From positions 704,001 through 768,000 of the forward strand of contig CAWJYV010000008.1 in the NCBI GenBank assembly GCA_963847185.1: a DNA stretch of 64,000 nt, written 5' to 3'. The stretch's first letter is position 1; every line of letters begins with the position of its first letter. Below, piece by piece: positions 11,351-21,250 of the stretch. Origin of the DNA: an uncultured Methanosarcinaceae archaeon. GTDB lineage: Archaea > Halobacteriota > Methanosarcinia > Methanosarcinales > Methanosarcinaceae. The translations under genes and the position numbers were made by a program. The notes under the pieces are model-generated. The model saw only the letters and a program-made list of their open reading frames with translations, had not been told where the DNA came from and did not search any database.

Positions 11351-14074
11351 ATGAATAAAACTAAAGGAGTGAAGGCAACATCCCAACTTGTTGGGTTGCT
11401 GCTTTGTATGATATTAATTCAGACCGCATGTGCGACCGAAAATCAAAATCAGTTCATTGTGAATTTCCCCAATAATTCCACGTTAGAGAATACAACTATT
11501 GATAATTCTACGATGGAAAATGTAACTATTGAAAATCCGCCAATTGATGATTTAGGTAACTTTACGATAATTGATTATTCAGACAACGATACTATAGTAG
11601 ATCCTTCTTACTTCCATACATATTTAACTGCAGGATACAGCGCCCAGTTCTCTGTGAGTTTCACTAATAACGGTAATGAAAATCTAGTTTTAACGCCAAA
11701 AGTTATAGCTACAGCCGAGATGAACAGCCTAGATGAAAGCTGGATTACTATATCTCCGGCAAATGCGACGGTAGCTCCGGGTTCAGTACAGTATTTTACA
11801 ATTGAAGAAAATGTACCTTGGGATGCATCAGGCGGCAGCTATTATGGAAAGATAGCCTTCACTGACGACATTACGCCTAATACCGAAGGATACGATACTG
11901 ATGCTCAATATGTTAATCAAATGTACCTTTATACTTACGTTTATAGCCAGCCTAAGATAGAGCTTCAGACAAGTTATATTTCGGATAATTTTGAGGCTGG
12001 GACTGAAAACGAGTACAGAATAAAGATTAAAAACGTAGCAACAAGAGACATCACAATCAATCCCACTCTGAGCACATACAATGAATATTATACAGATTAC
12101 GAGCAGGCATTTGGCAACGATGCAATAGAAATTTCTGCACCTTCAACTATAAAAGCAGGTGAAATTGCTAACCTGAGTATACGGGTACATGTTCCTGAAA
12201 ATGCAACAGGAAATTATAACGGGTATATCAACATGAATGTTAATGGGAAAGCTAATGATGGATATGCCTCCGGAATAAATCTCTATTTCAGTGTTTGGCA
12301 ACCTCCAGCTCCTTTCGTGAAAACTTTTTACACTACGACCGACGATCCTATAATTATAGAAGTTTCAGGCGATATGTACAGGTCGGATAACGAATTGCGT
12401 GTCTCACAGGAAAAAGATAAACTCCCATTTGAACTAGGAATGACATATAATTCCAATCCTGTTAATATGACTTTTGTGAATTCATCTGAAAGTGGCAGCG
12501 CCGATGTTCAAGAAAACTATAACTACCCAATATGGGCAAATGGGAACAAAAAAATTTATCAGAATGTCCGAGATCACTATACAGCAACCTACATCGTACC
12601 CGGAGCAATAGGGGAGTGGGATCTTGCTATTCTTCCAAAAGGTGCGAATAACTTCCAATACTCAATAAAGATAGCAAATGATAACCTGGAAAAAACATGG
12701 AATGTAACTAACGAGAATTTAGTACCAGGAAATTCATCTACTGGAAACGCAACTGATGAGAATACATCTACCCCAATGGATGTACCGGAATCGGAAGTAC
12801 TTATTGCAGATTTCAGTACCAATGTATCAAGTGGTTACGTTCCTCTTACTGTGCAGTTCACAGACAATAGTACATTAAGTAGGCTTCAGAGCTCCATACC
12901 ACCGACATTATCTGGCGAAGGGCAGAATATTGCTGATGAACCAGCAAATAACATATCAGATAGTCAGGAAACCAGTGGAGACGACTACTTATACGGCACT
13001 GCAAATGTTGAAAGTATACAGGTTATGACACTGGAATCTTTTCCTGTACAAATACAGGTAGTAGCAGAAGGTTACCTTCCTAATGGCTGCCCTAAAATTG
13101 ATGAAATAACTGTTGAAAGAGAAGAAAATACCTTCAATATTAAAATTAGTACAAAGAGCCCGAAGGATGCAATGTGTACACAGGCAATTGTGCCTTTCAG
13201 TAAAACTATACCTCTTGAAGTCCAGGGACTCAAAGCTGGAAACTATACTGTGAACGTGAATGGAATAATGGGATCTTTCGAGCTTGCAGTTGATAACACA
13301 TTAGACGAGTCTTCCAGTGCTATAACGCCAAGACAACAGGTAATAACCGAAGCTGACAACGGAACAAGCATAAGTCTCAAAAAAGGAGAGAACTTTACAC
13401 TTAAACTTAAGGAGAATCCGGGCTTCACAGGCTATTCCTGGGAACTCAACATGAGTCCTGGGCTTGTCATCCTCAGTGAAGAATATGAAAATCAAAATCC
13501 TCCAGATATGTATGACGGTCCGTTGACTCATTCATGGATAATCGAAGCTGTGGGTCAGGGTGACCAACAGGTAAACGGCATATATAAGAGGCCATGGGAG
13601 AGTACAACTGGCACGGAAAAAACCTTCATACTTAATGTCACGAGCATCTCTCCGGATACAATATCAAGAATCTGGAACTTTGGAGACGGATCTACTTCAA
13701 CCGAGCAGAATCCGGTACACACTTTTACTACAGCAGGAAATTATACTGTTAGTCTGGTAGCAAGCAATGAAAATGAAACCGCTACAAAAACCGCTACAAT
13801 AACTGTTCTAGAACAAACACTACCTCCTGTAGCTAACTTCAACAGCAATGTCACTAGCGGTCGTGTTCCACTTTCTGTACAGTTTATAGACCTATCTGAA
13901 AATGCAACAGAATGGAACTGGGACTTTGGAGATCAAACTTACTCAACAGAGAAGGACCCTGTACATACATACTGTGAGGCCGGGAAATACACTGTCAGCT
14001 TGACAGTAAATAACGAAAATGGGATAGGCACGGAAGAAAAACGCAAATGTATTTTAGTGTCCAAAAGAAAATAA
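11351..14074 (+). CDS. secreted multidomain protein with Ig-like N-terminal domains, chagasin-like (I42) inhibitor domain and PKD domains
   Basis: Signal peptide; LKENPGFTGYSWEL...YKRPWE (I42); WNFGDG/WDFGD PKD motifs. Confidence 0.85.
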   Translation: MNKTKGVKATSQLVGLLLCMILIQTACATENQNQFIVNFPNNSTLENTTIDNSTMENVTIENPPIDDLGNFTIIDYSDNDTIVDPSYFHTYLTAGYSAQFSVSFTNNGNENLVLTPKVIATAEMNSLDESWITISPANATVAPGSVQYFTIEENVPWDASGGSYYGKIAFTDDITPNTEGYDTDAQYVNQMYLYTYVYSQPKIELQTSYISDNFEAGTENEYRIKIKNVATRDITINPTLSTYNEYYTDYEQAFGNDAIEISAPSTIKAGEIANLSIRVHVPENATGNYNGYINMNVNGKANDGYASGINLYFSVWQPPAPFVKTFYTTTDDPIIIEVSGDMYRSDNELRVSQEKDKLPFELGMTYNSNPVNMTFVNSSESGSADVQENYNYPIWANGNKKIYQNVRDHYTATYIVPGAIGEWDLAILPKGANNFQYSIKIANDNLEKTWNVTNENLVPGNSSTGNATDENTSTPMDVPESEVLIADFSTNVSSGYVPLTVQFTDNSTLSRLQSSIPPTLSGEGQNIADEPANNISDSQETSGDDYLYGTANVESIQVMTLESFPVQIQVVAEGYLPNGCPKIDEITVEREENTFNIKISTKSPKDAMCTQAIVPFSKTIPLEVQGLKAGNYTVNVNGIMGSFELAVDNTLDESSSAITPRQQVITEADNGTSISLKKGENFTLKLKENPGFTGYSWELNMSPGLVILSEEYENQNPPDMYDGPLTHSWIIEAVGQGDQQVNGIYKRPWESTTGTEKTFILNVTSISPDTISRIWNFGDGSTSTEQNPVHTFTTAGNYTVSLVASNENETATKTATITVLEQTLPPVANFNSNVTSGRVPLSVQFIDLSENATEWNWDFGDQTYSTEKDPVHTYCEAGKYTVSLTVNNENGIGTEEKRKCILVSKRK

Positions 14075-14278
14075 AATTATTGAATAAAAAATGAACGAGA
14101 AGATTAAATCAGTCTCTTCTCACTTTTCCCTTTTTAAGAATTATTCAACCCATCAAAATCAGTAAATGATGACAACGTCACAGTATCCTTTCCTCATATT
14201 CTGGAACTACATTCTGTGCCAAAACCTGATTGATCCTTTTTTGCCTGAGTTCGCCAGGATACCCAGATAGAAATTTTT

Positions 14279-15017
14279 GGTATTGGTACTTAAGTATTGT
14301 ATATATATTATGAGTAACTATATTTCTGTATGAACTGTCCAAGATGTAAGAGTCCCGATCACAAAAAGAACGGTAAAGTTGATGGCCGTCAACGCTACAA
14401 ATGCTCTGATTGTGGATATAACTATTCAGTAGAGATAAAATCAACTGCTAGTTCCGCATCTGTTAAGAGAAAGGCTTTACAACTCTATCTTGAAGGATTA
14501 GGTTTTCGCTCAATAGGACGTTTTTTGGGAGTAAGTCATGTTTCCGTCCAAAGATGGATAAAGAAATTTGGTCAGGAGCTAGAGGAACTAAAAAGCGAAA
14601 ATGAGATCTCTATTGTTGAAGTGGATGAGATGCATACTTACATCGGTAACAAAAAAAATATTGCTGGATCTGGATTGCTGTTAATAGATTTGGGAAAAAG
14701 TTCATCAACTGCTCTTTTGGCAGCAGAGGAACAGAAACTGGACAAAAACTGTGGGAAAAATTAAAGGAAAAAGAGATTGAAAAAGTGATGACTGATCACT
14801 GGAGGGCATATGCAGAATTTCTTCCAGAAAAGATTCATACTCAATCCAAAGCAGAAACGTATACTGTTGAAGGATAACGGCATATTAAGGCACTTTCTGG
14901 CAAGATTGAGGCGAAAGACAAAGTGTTATACTAAGAGTCTTGAAATGCTAAAGTACTCGGTTCTCCTCTTAATGAAATACAGAAATAATGAGTTAACTAT
15001 ATTTAAGTAACAATACC
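14279..15017 (+). mobile_element. IS1-family insertion sequence, probably non-autonomous
   Basis: Terminal IRs ggtattggtacttaagta / tatttaagtaacaatacc (16 of 18 matching), 8-bp target duplication AAATTTTT at 14271-14278 and 15018-15025. Confidence 0.93.
14330..15010 (+). pseudogene. IS1 transposase (InsA-InsB) with A8 slippery site and an extra inactivating frameshift
   Basis: CPRC...RYKCSDC zinc ribbon, HTH, VEVDEMHTY; A-run at 14651-14658; MTDHWRAY; premature GGA TAA at ~14872-14877 before NGILRHFLARLRRKTKCY. Confidence 0.88.
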
Positions 15018-15150
15018 AAATTTTTAATTCCTAAGTTTCAAAGGGGGCACCTGATACAAGATACAACAGATACTGCAAATAATCAGTCAAGTCAGTATTC
15101 AAAAATCAGCTCAATGCAAACTTCTAATATCTCTAGATCGTGATATCAAT

Positions 15151-15404
15151 ATGGAACCCTCACAAATTATTGGCTCATCATCTGCCTATCCCTAGTGCTT
15201 CGATTCCAAAATAAATTCCTTATTTAATAGGAAATTCATGATTAATAGGTAGAGGTTTTATGAACATACTTCGGAATCGCAGTACTAGTACTCATTGCAG
15301 CCGGATGTACAGATTCTGGAAAATCTTATTCAGAAAAGAAGTCCTCACAAGAATCACAGCCTGCTGAACAACTCACACCAGTATTCGCTACAAAATCGAT
15401 GTGA
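15151..15404 (+). pseudogene. small lipoprotein gene relic interrupted by a MITE
   Basis: Removing the insert and one CTAG restores LTNYWLIICLSLVLIAAGCTDSGKSYSEKKSSQESQPAEQLTPV (lipobox IAAGC); the upstream ATG is out of frame. Confidence 0.65.
15192..15288. mobile_element. 97-bp MITE-like insertion bounded by CTAG
   Basis: ctagtgcttcgattccaaaata ... tacttcggaatcgcagtactag inverted ends (18 of 22 matching), non-coding interior, precise interruption of a reading frame. Confidence 0.75.
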
Positions 15405-15629
15405 ATTATAGATTACAGGCCATTCTTATTTTCCCAGACTTGGTCAGTATCTGGGTATCTATATCTATTTTGCTAATTACTCAATTTTTTGCTTACACGG
15501 ATGGAATTCCTCTTCATTAATTGAATTGATAGTCTTCCCACCTTACTATTAATCAAAATTGCGCTGGAGCACCTCGCTGCAAGCTGGCAGAATATTCAAT
15601 TGGAATAAACCAGCGACTCTTGACAACAT

Positions 15630-15650
15630 CCAAAGAAAATTATATATACC
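15630..15650 (+). promoter_or_regulatory. BRE/TATA promoter of the MC1 gene
   Basis: caaagaaaa-ttatatata, about 50 nt upstream of the ATG. Confidence 0.55.
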
Positions 15651-15696
15651 TTTAATTTAATGAGTCTCTAATAACATATTTTGCGAGATGATCCTT

Positions 15697-15981
15697 ATGT
15701 CTGACATGAGAAATTTTGTTTTACGAGATGTAGAAGGTAATGAGCACGGAGTTTTCACTGGAAAACAACCTCGACAGGCCGCCCTGAAAGCTGCTAATCG
15801 TGGAACCGGGACTAAATCAAAACCGGATATTATCCGACTCAGGGAACGCGGGACAAAGAAGGTGCACGTTTTCAAGGCATGGAAACAGGTTGTCAAAGCC
15901 CCAGAAAATAGGCCTTCCTGGATGCCAGAGAAAATCAGCAAGCCCTTTGTCAAGAAAGAGAAAATAGAAACAATTGAGTAA
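15697..15981 (+). CDS. mc1: non-histone chromosomal protein MC1
   Basis: RNFVLRD..GNEHGVFTGKQPRQAALKAANRG...IRLRERGTKKVHVF...WMPEKISKPFVKK. Confidence 0.96.
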   Translation: MSDMRNFVLRDVEGNEHGVFTGKQPRQAALKAANRGTGTKSKPDIIRLRERGTKKVHVFKAWKQVVKAPENRPSWMPEKISKPFVKKEKIETIE

Positions 15982-16083
15982 AATATAGTTTTCCACATAT
16001 ACCTTGAAATTCGATACAGTTATCATTTTATATTTTCATTCAAAAAAAGAACAGTAAAAAATTGAAGTGGCGAAATCGCCACA

Positions 16084-18057
16084 TTATTTTGTTACAGTGA
16101 TATAGCTGGTTGTTGTTTTAGTATTGCTACCGACCCCATTCTTTACCGTCAAGGATACAGTGTATTTACCGGTTTTTGTGAAGGTGTGCGTAGCATTCTG
16201 AGTCGTAGATATAATGCCGTCACCAAAATCCCATTTCCACGATGTAGGATTTCCAGTGCTCTTGTCTGCAAATGTTACTTTTAATGGTGCTTTACCAGAT
16301 GTTACACTAGCAAAGAATGCTGCTACAGGTGCTTTGGAGGCTGTTACAGTGATATATCCTGTTTTTGTTATACTGTTTGAGCCATATGAATTGTTGGCTA
16401 CCAATCTTACGGCATAAGTCCCTGCCTTTGTATAAGTGTGTGTGGCGTTTTTGGTTGAGGAATCAAGACCATCACCGAAATACCACCTTACTGAAGTAGG
16501 GTTATTTGTACTCAGATCAGTGAATTTTACAGTCAGAGGGTAAGTGCCGGATGTTTTATTTACCGTAAAATCTGGAACTGGAATTTTAGATGCTGTGTCT
16601 TCTGTTACGGTGATATACTGATATTTTGTTAGTATACCAGAACCACCACCAGTGTAGTCTTTTAGATTAACTGTATATTTTCCGGCTTTTTCATATGTGT
16701 GTGAAACTGAATTACCATCATCTTCACCTGTATTTTCAACTACACCGTCACCAAAATCCCATTCTCGTCCGTAAGCAGATTGACCGGAGATATCTGTAAA
16801 TGTTACTGTGAATGGTGCTTCACCATTTGTTTCTTGTGCTGTGAAATCGATTACATCTATAGCGTAGCTGTAGATACCGATGGGTATGTAACCAGTTCTA
16901 GTTGTCGTATCATTACCAGCCGAATTCTTTACAGTTAATGTGACAGTGTATCCGCCCTGTTTACCATATACATGAGTTGGATTCTTCTCAGTAGATGTAT
17001 TTCCATCACCAAAATTCCAAGACCATGATGTAGGTGAGCCTGTGCTATCATCAACAAATGAGATTACATCTGTCGCGTTGATTGAATACTCATCTGTTGG
17101 CACCATAGCCCATCGTCTTTCGGCTTCGGGTGAATGAAAAGCTGCTGTGGGTTCTTCTGTTACGGTGATATACTGATATTTTGTTACTGCACCACCACTA
17201 CTACCACCGTCATAATTACGCAGTGTGACAGTGTATTTTCCGGGGTTTTTATAAGTGTGTATTATAGAAGAAGCATTGTCGATTTCGCCAACATTTTCTG
17301 CTGTACCGTCACCAAAATCCCACACGCGAGCATAAATATTATTAGCCTCGCTCAGATCGGTAAACATAACAGCAAATGGTGCTTTTCCGGTTGTTCCGGT
17401 GCTTGTGAAATCAATTGCGTGTGGATTTATCGGGCCAACGCCCACAAGTACATAACAAGTTCTAGTTATCGTATCGTTACCGGCAGAGTTTTTCACTGTT
17501 AATGTGACAGTGTATCCACCCTGTTTACCATATACATGAGTTGGATTCTTCTCAGTAGATGTATTTCCATCACCAAAATCCCAAGACCATAATGCAGGCG
17601 AGCCTGTACTATCATCAATAAAAGAAACAACATCCGATATCTCTATTTCTCCTTCGTCTGTTGTACCACTAAGTAATAGATCGGCTTCAGGCGAATGAAA
17701 TGCAGCTACGGGTTTTACAGTGGTTGACCCTGCAGTTACAGTTATATATCCTGTCTTAGTTGCTGTATTGCTACCAGAAGAATTCTTCACAGTGAGTATA
17801 ACTGTATATTTTCCAGCTTTTGTGTAAGTGTGTGTTGCATTTCGTGTAGATGATTCTATCCCATCACCGAAATTCCATCTCCATGAAATAGGACCTCCAG
17901 TACTCAGGTCACTAAATGTAACTTTTAATGGCATAACTCCAGAGACTGTGTTTGCTTTGAAATTAGCAGTTGGTTTTGCTGCCATAGCAACTGATGATAT
18001 GGAGATTAGGCAAACAACAGTCAGAGCTGTTAAAAGGATTTTGTGTTTAGTGTTCAT
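16084..18057 (-). CDS. secreted multi-PKD-domain protein (about 7 PKD repeats)
   Basis: Signal peptide, repeated W.FGDG and HTY.K.G.YTV.L motifs. Confidence 0.92.
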   Translation of the reverse strand: MNTKHKILLTALTVVCLISISSVAMAAKPTANFKANTVSGVMPLKVTFSDLSTGGPISWRWNFGDGIESSTRNATHTYTKAGKYTVILTVKNSSGSNTATKTGYITVTAGSTTVKPVAAFHSPEADLLLSGTTDEGEIEISDVVSFIDDSTGSPALWSWDFGDGNTSTEKNPTHVYGKQGGYTVTLTVKNSAGNDTITRTCYVLVGVGPINPHAIDFTSTGTTGKAPFAVMFTDLSEANNIYARVWDFGDGTAENVGEIDNASSIIHTYKNPGKYTVTLRNYDGGSSGGAVTKYQYITVTEEPTAAFHSPEAERRWAMVPTDEYSINATDVISFVDDSTGSPTSWSWNFGDGNTSTEKNPTHVYGKQGGYTVTLTVKNSAGNDTTTRTGYIPIGIYSYAIDVIDFTAQETNGEAPFTVTFTDISGQSAYGREWDFGDGVVENTGEDDGNSVSHTYEKAGKYTVNLKDYTGGGSGILTKYQYITVTEDTASKIPVPDFTVNKTSGTYPLTVKFTDLSTNNPTSVRWYFGDGLDSSTKNATHTYTKAGTYAVRLVANNSYGSNSITKTGYITVTASKAPVAAFFASVTSGKAPLKVTFADKSTGNPTSWKWDFGDGIISTTQNATHTFTKTGKYTVSLTVKNGVGSNTKTTTSYITVTK

Positions 18058-18493
18058 TTTTCTTCCACATAACGGTTATTTTTGAAAGGCATGCACAATT
18101 GCGTAAAGTTCGAACCTTTCATAAATCATTTACACAACAATATAATGTACAAATAATAATTACATGCCACATGTCTAAATTAAGTCTAGATCATTAATTC
18201 AATATTAACGTCGCAACTAAATAGAAAAATAACTCTTATATTAATCAACAAGTAAAATAGTTTCTAATCATTGTTACTTATTAACTTTTATTTTTGAGTC
18301 TAAACATAATACATCTTTTGAAAAGCTACTCTGTTCCCTTTTTCTTGTTTTTTAGACTAGATTAGAAGATGTAATCTAGTCATTATCTTTGGGATACTAT
18401 CTAAATAATGTTAGTCTAACGGGGTAATTATATATAACTAAAGTTTTTATTATGTCTTGAAAAACGTCTAAATAAATTAAAAATGGGGGAAAT

Positions 18494-18901
18494 ATGAAAA
18501 TAAGAGTAGTTAGTTCTAGAGAGGAAATTATTACACTGAATCCAAATGAAAAAGTAGTACATATGGCCTTCAGACCTTCGAACAAAGATATTTTCTTGCT
18601 GGTTGAAACCTGCCCTAAGATTGAGGTTATTCAGTTACCGAAATCTTACAAGGCTACATTCTCAAAGTCCATTCAAATGTTCCTTGAGATGCAGAGAATT
18701 CAGCTACTTGAAGGGGATGTCTGGGGTCATAGGAAGGATATTAATGAATATTATACCGTTCCTTCTTCAGTAATTGAAAGAATTAAGGAAATGAAAATGG
18801 AAGGCAAATCCGCTGAGGAGATTGAGACAAAGATCTCAAGAGAAAGGAAGCTGAATCCTGGAATGATCGCTTATATCCTAACCAAGGAAATTCCTGCCTA
18901 A
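18494..18901 (+). CDS. DUF1699 family protein
   Basis: MKIRVVSSREEI..LNPNEK.VH.AFRPSNKD...LLEGDVWGHRKDINEYY. Confidence 0.88.
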   Translation: MKIRVVSSREEIITLNPNEKVVHMAFRPSNKDIFLLVETCPKIEVIQLPKSYKATFSKSIQMFLEMQRIQLLEGDVWGHRKDINEYYTVPSSVIERIKEMKMEGKSAEEIETKISRERKLNPGMIAYILTKEIPA

Positions 18902-19077
18902 ATCCAATTAGTTGCACGTAACTTGGTTAAACTCAATTTCCTCAGAAATCACAAGATTTCAGAGATAATATTTCAGAGATAATAATACAGAATTCAAGGA
19001 AATAGATCAAAAAAAATCTGTCTTCGATGGCTAATATCGGGCAAATAGTGACTAATGATAATATCTGAGGTAATATA

Positions 19078-19410
19078 ATGAAAAAGATTAGCTTATTAGT
19101 AATGGGCTTGCTAGTTATGTCAATAGTGGTGATGTCAGGATGTGCTGATAAAAAATCTGACACTTCTGCCCCTACAGAGGAAAACTCTAGTAACGTGTCT
19201 AATGCCACCATGCCTCCAGGAGTAGAAAGCCCAGGTAACATGTCACCTAATTCTACCATACCTCCAGCTGGAAACCCAGGTGAGATACCATCCAATTCAA
19301 CAATGTCTCCAGGAGGCATTCCACGTAACAACTCTACCATGCCACCAGAAGGAGTTCCACCAGCTGGAAACCCAGATGAAATGCAGAATTCTACTAATGA
19401 AAGTCAGTGA
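19078..19410 (+). CDS. small lipoprotein with Pro/Asn/Ser-rich repeats
   Basis: GAGGT SD, lipobox VMSGC, repeated N(A/S)T(M/I)PP and PPAGNP units. Confidence 0.8.
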   Translation: MKKISLLVMGLLVMSIVVMSGCADKKSDTSAPTEENSSNVSNATMPPGVESPGNMSPNSTIPPAGNPGEIPSNSTMSPGGIPRNNSTMPPEGVPPAGNPDEMQNSTNESQ

Positions 19411-19430
19411 AAAGTCTGGTAAATAAGCAT

Positions 19431-19470
19431 AGGGGATGGTAGTCGGTTAGATTTTAACCCTACTACCCCT
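19431..19470. terminator. hairpin between convergent genes
   Basis: aggggatggtag...ctactacccct stem followed by T-tracts. Confidence 0.5.
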
Positions 19471-19568
19471 TACCTTGACTTTTTTATTGTTTTTCAAAAT
19501 AAGTGATTCACTTTTTTGACACTACGATGTATTCAGATACTTTTCTAGTACTATATCCTTTTGAATTC

Positions 19569-20504
19569 TTAGAGTTTTACTCCTGTTGCATCAAGAAACG
19601 CATCTTCCAACGAGAGAGAGTTTTCCATAAGTTTGAAGACTCTGCCTCCTTGCTCAACGATTAGCTTATTAATTTCCGGTTTAACATCTATTTTTGAATT
19701 TACAAAAATTTCCAAAATATTTTCAGTTTTCGTTTCGGTTTTTACAACAAAATTCAGACTTTCAACGAATGAAATTATTTCAGGGGATAGATTGTAAACT
19801 CCAATTGTAATAACCCCATTTGATTCAAGGTGACGTATCTTTTCAATTGTACTTTCGGTTATAAGCTTGCCTTTATCCAAAATCCCTACATGAGTACAAA
19901 TCTCCTGTACTTCCAGAAGGTTATGAGACGAAAGAAATATTGTAATTCCATTTTTATTGCAGTCACGAAGAATTTCCCGTATTTGCCGGATTCCAACAGG
20001 ATCAAGACCATTTGTGGGTTCATCGAGAATGAGTATTTTAGGCTTATTCAAAAGAGCCTGTGCAACTCCTAACCGAGTTTTCATACCGTGAGAAAAATAG
20101 CTCACTTTTTTGAGCATCCCATTTCCAAGTCCGACCCTATCCAGCAAAACCTTTGATTGCTCCAGGCTCTCTTTTTTGCTCAGGCCTTTTAATCTGCCGT
20201 AATAGATCATGTGGCTTAAGGCAGTCCGTTCATCGTAAAAACCAGAATCCTGGGGAACTAAGCCCAAAATCTGTTTAACTTTTCCAGACTCTAAAGACAA
20301 GTCCATGCCATCAACAAAAATCTGTCCCTGCGTAGGTATGGAAAGCCCCGATAATAACTTTATAGTAGTTGTTTTCCCGGCACCATTTTTACCCAAAAAG
20401 CCGTAGATGCTCCCTTTTTCTACATTAAGGGAAAGATCTTCCAAAACAAACTGGGAGCCATATTTTTTGTGCAGGTTTTTGGTAGAGATAATAGTAGTAA
20501 TTAT
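19569..20504 (-). CDS. ABC transporter ATP-binding subunit (ABC-2 exporter type)
   Basis: GKNGAGKTT, FSHGMK, LILDEPT and SSH motifs; the frame extends 20 codons above the TTG at 20444 to an ATA overlapping the permease stop. Confidence 0.9.
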   Translation of the reverse strand: MITTIISTKNLHKKYGSQFVLEDLSLNVEKGSIYGFLGKNGAGKTTTIKLLSGLSIPTQGQIFVDGMDLSLESGKVKQILGLVPQDSGFYDERTALSHMIYYGRLKGLSKKESLEQSKVLLDRVGLGNGMLKKVSYFSHGMKTRLGVAQALLNKPKILILDEPTNGLDPVGIRQIREILRDCNKNGITIFLSSHNLLEVQEICTHVGILDKGKLITESTIEKIRHLESNGVITIGVYNLSPEIISFVESLNFVVKTETKTENILEIFVNSKIDVKPEINKLIVEQGGRVFKLMENSLSLEDAFLDATGVKL

Positions 20505-21250
20505 AAATCCCTCCTTTTGATTGCTATCAAGCTCATGGACAAAAAGACCAATGTGTACAGGAGCATTGAAAACAGGCTTTCAAAAGCTGTGAGATATCCA
20601 GATCCTACAGAAAGGCTCTTCATTAACTCTAGATTTTTAACACCGTAAAAATAAGGTGTAATATATTCCAGATAACTCTCATCTCCTCGTAAATAGAAAG
20701 AGATCAAAATTACAAGAAAAACAGCAGATATCACAAGGGAAATTTTATTGTTTGTGGATAGAGTTGAAATAAATATAAAGATACTTATAAAGCACCCCAG
20801 GTAAAGACTTGAAGAAATTAAAAACAAAATTGTTTTCTCAAATTGAAATGCATTGCCTGCAGAGTACTGATACACCAAGCTTAGAAGTGCAATCACAAAG
20901 GAAATGGTCGCAAATACACTAAAAAGATAAAAGAACTTTCCTAAGATAAAGGATGATCTTTGAACTTTGGAGATTATGTACCTTACTGATCCAGTTTCAA
21001 TTTCATTGCTTACTATATCATAAGAAGTTATCATTATCATAAAAGGCCCGATAGATAATACAATCAGATATGAAATCCAAGTATAAGGAATACCTTGTGA
21101 ACTTGAAAATAAAAAGGGCAAGGCAGTACTGTAACGCATTGCTACAAAACAAAGAAAGACAAGAATCCCACCAAATATCCACACATACTTACTTTTCGAA
21201 CCTTTCAGTATTTCATCTTCTCCAATAATTTGTATTTCCGAGAAATTCAT
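20501..21250 (-). CDS. ABC-2 type transporter permease
   Basis: Multi-TM, YDIVSNEIETGSVRYIISK..RSSFILGK motif, C-terminal KRRDL; alternative TTG start at 21340. Confidence 0.88.
   Translation of the reverse strand: MNFSEIQIIGEDEILKGSKSKYVWIFGGILVFLCFVAMRYSTALPFLFSSSQGIPYTWISYLIVLSIGPFMIMITSYDIVSNEIETGSVRYIISKVQRSSFILGKFFYLFSVFATISFVIALLSLVYQYSAGNAFQFEKTILFLISSSLYLGCFISIFIFISTLSTNNKISLVISAVFLVILISFYLRGDESYLEYITPYFYGVKNLELMKSLSVGSGYLTAFESLFSMLLYTLVFLSMSLIAIKRRDL

Noticed and set aside
4774-15600. tRNA-Thr as the integration site of an island
   Set aside because: No integrase and no repeated tRNA 3' end seen in the window
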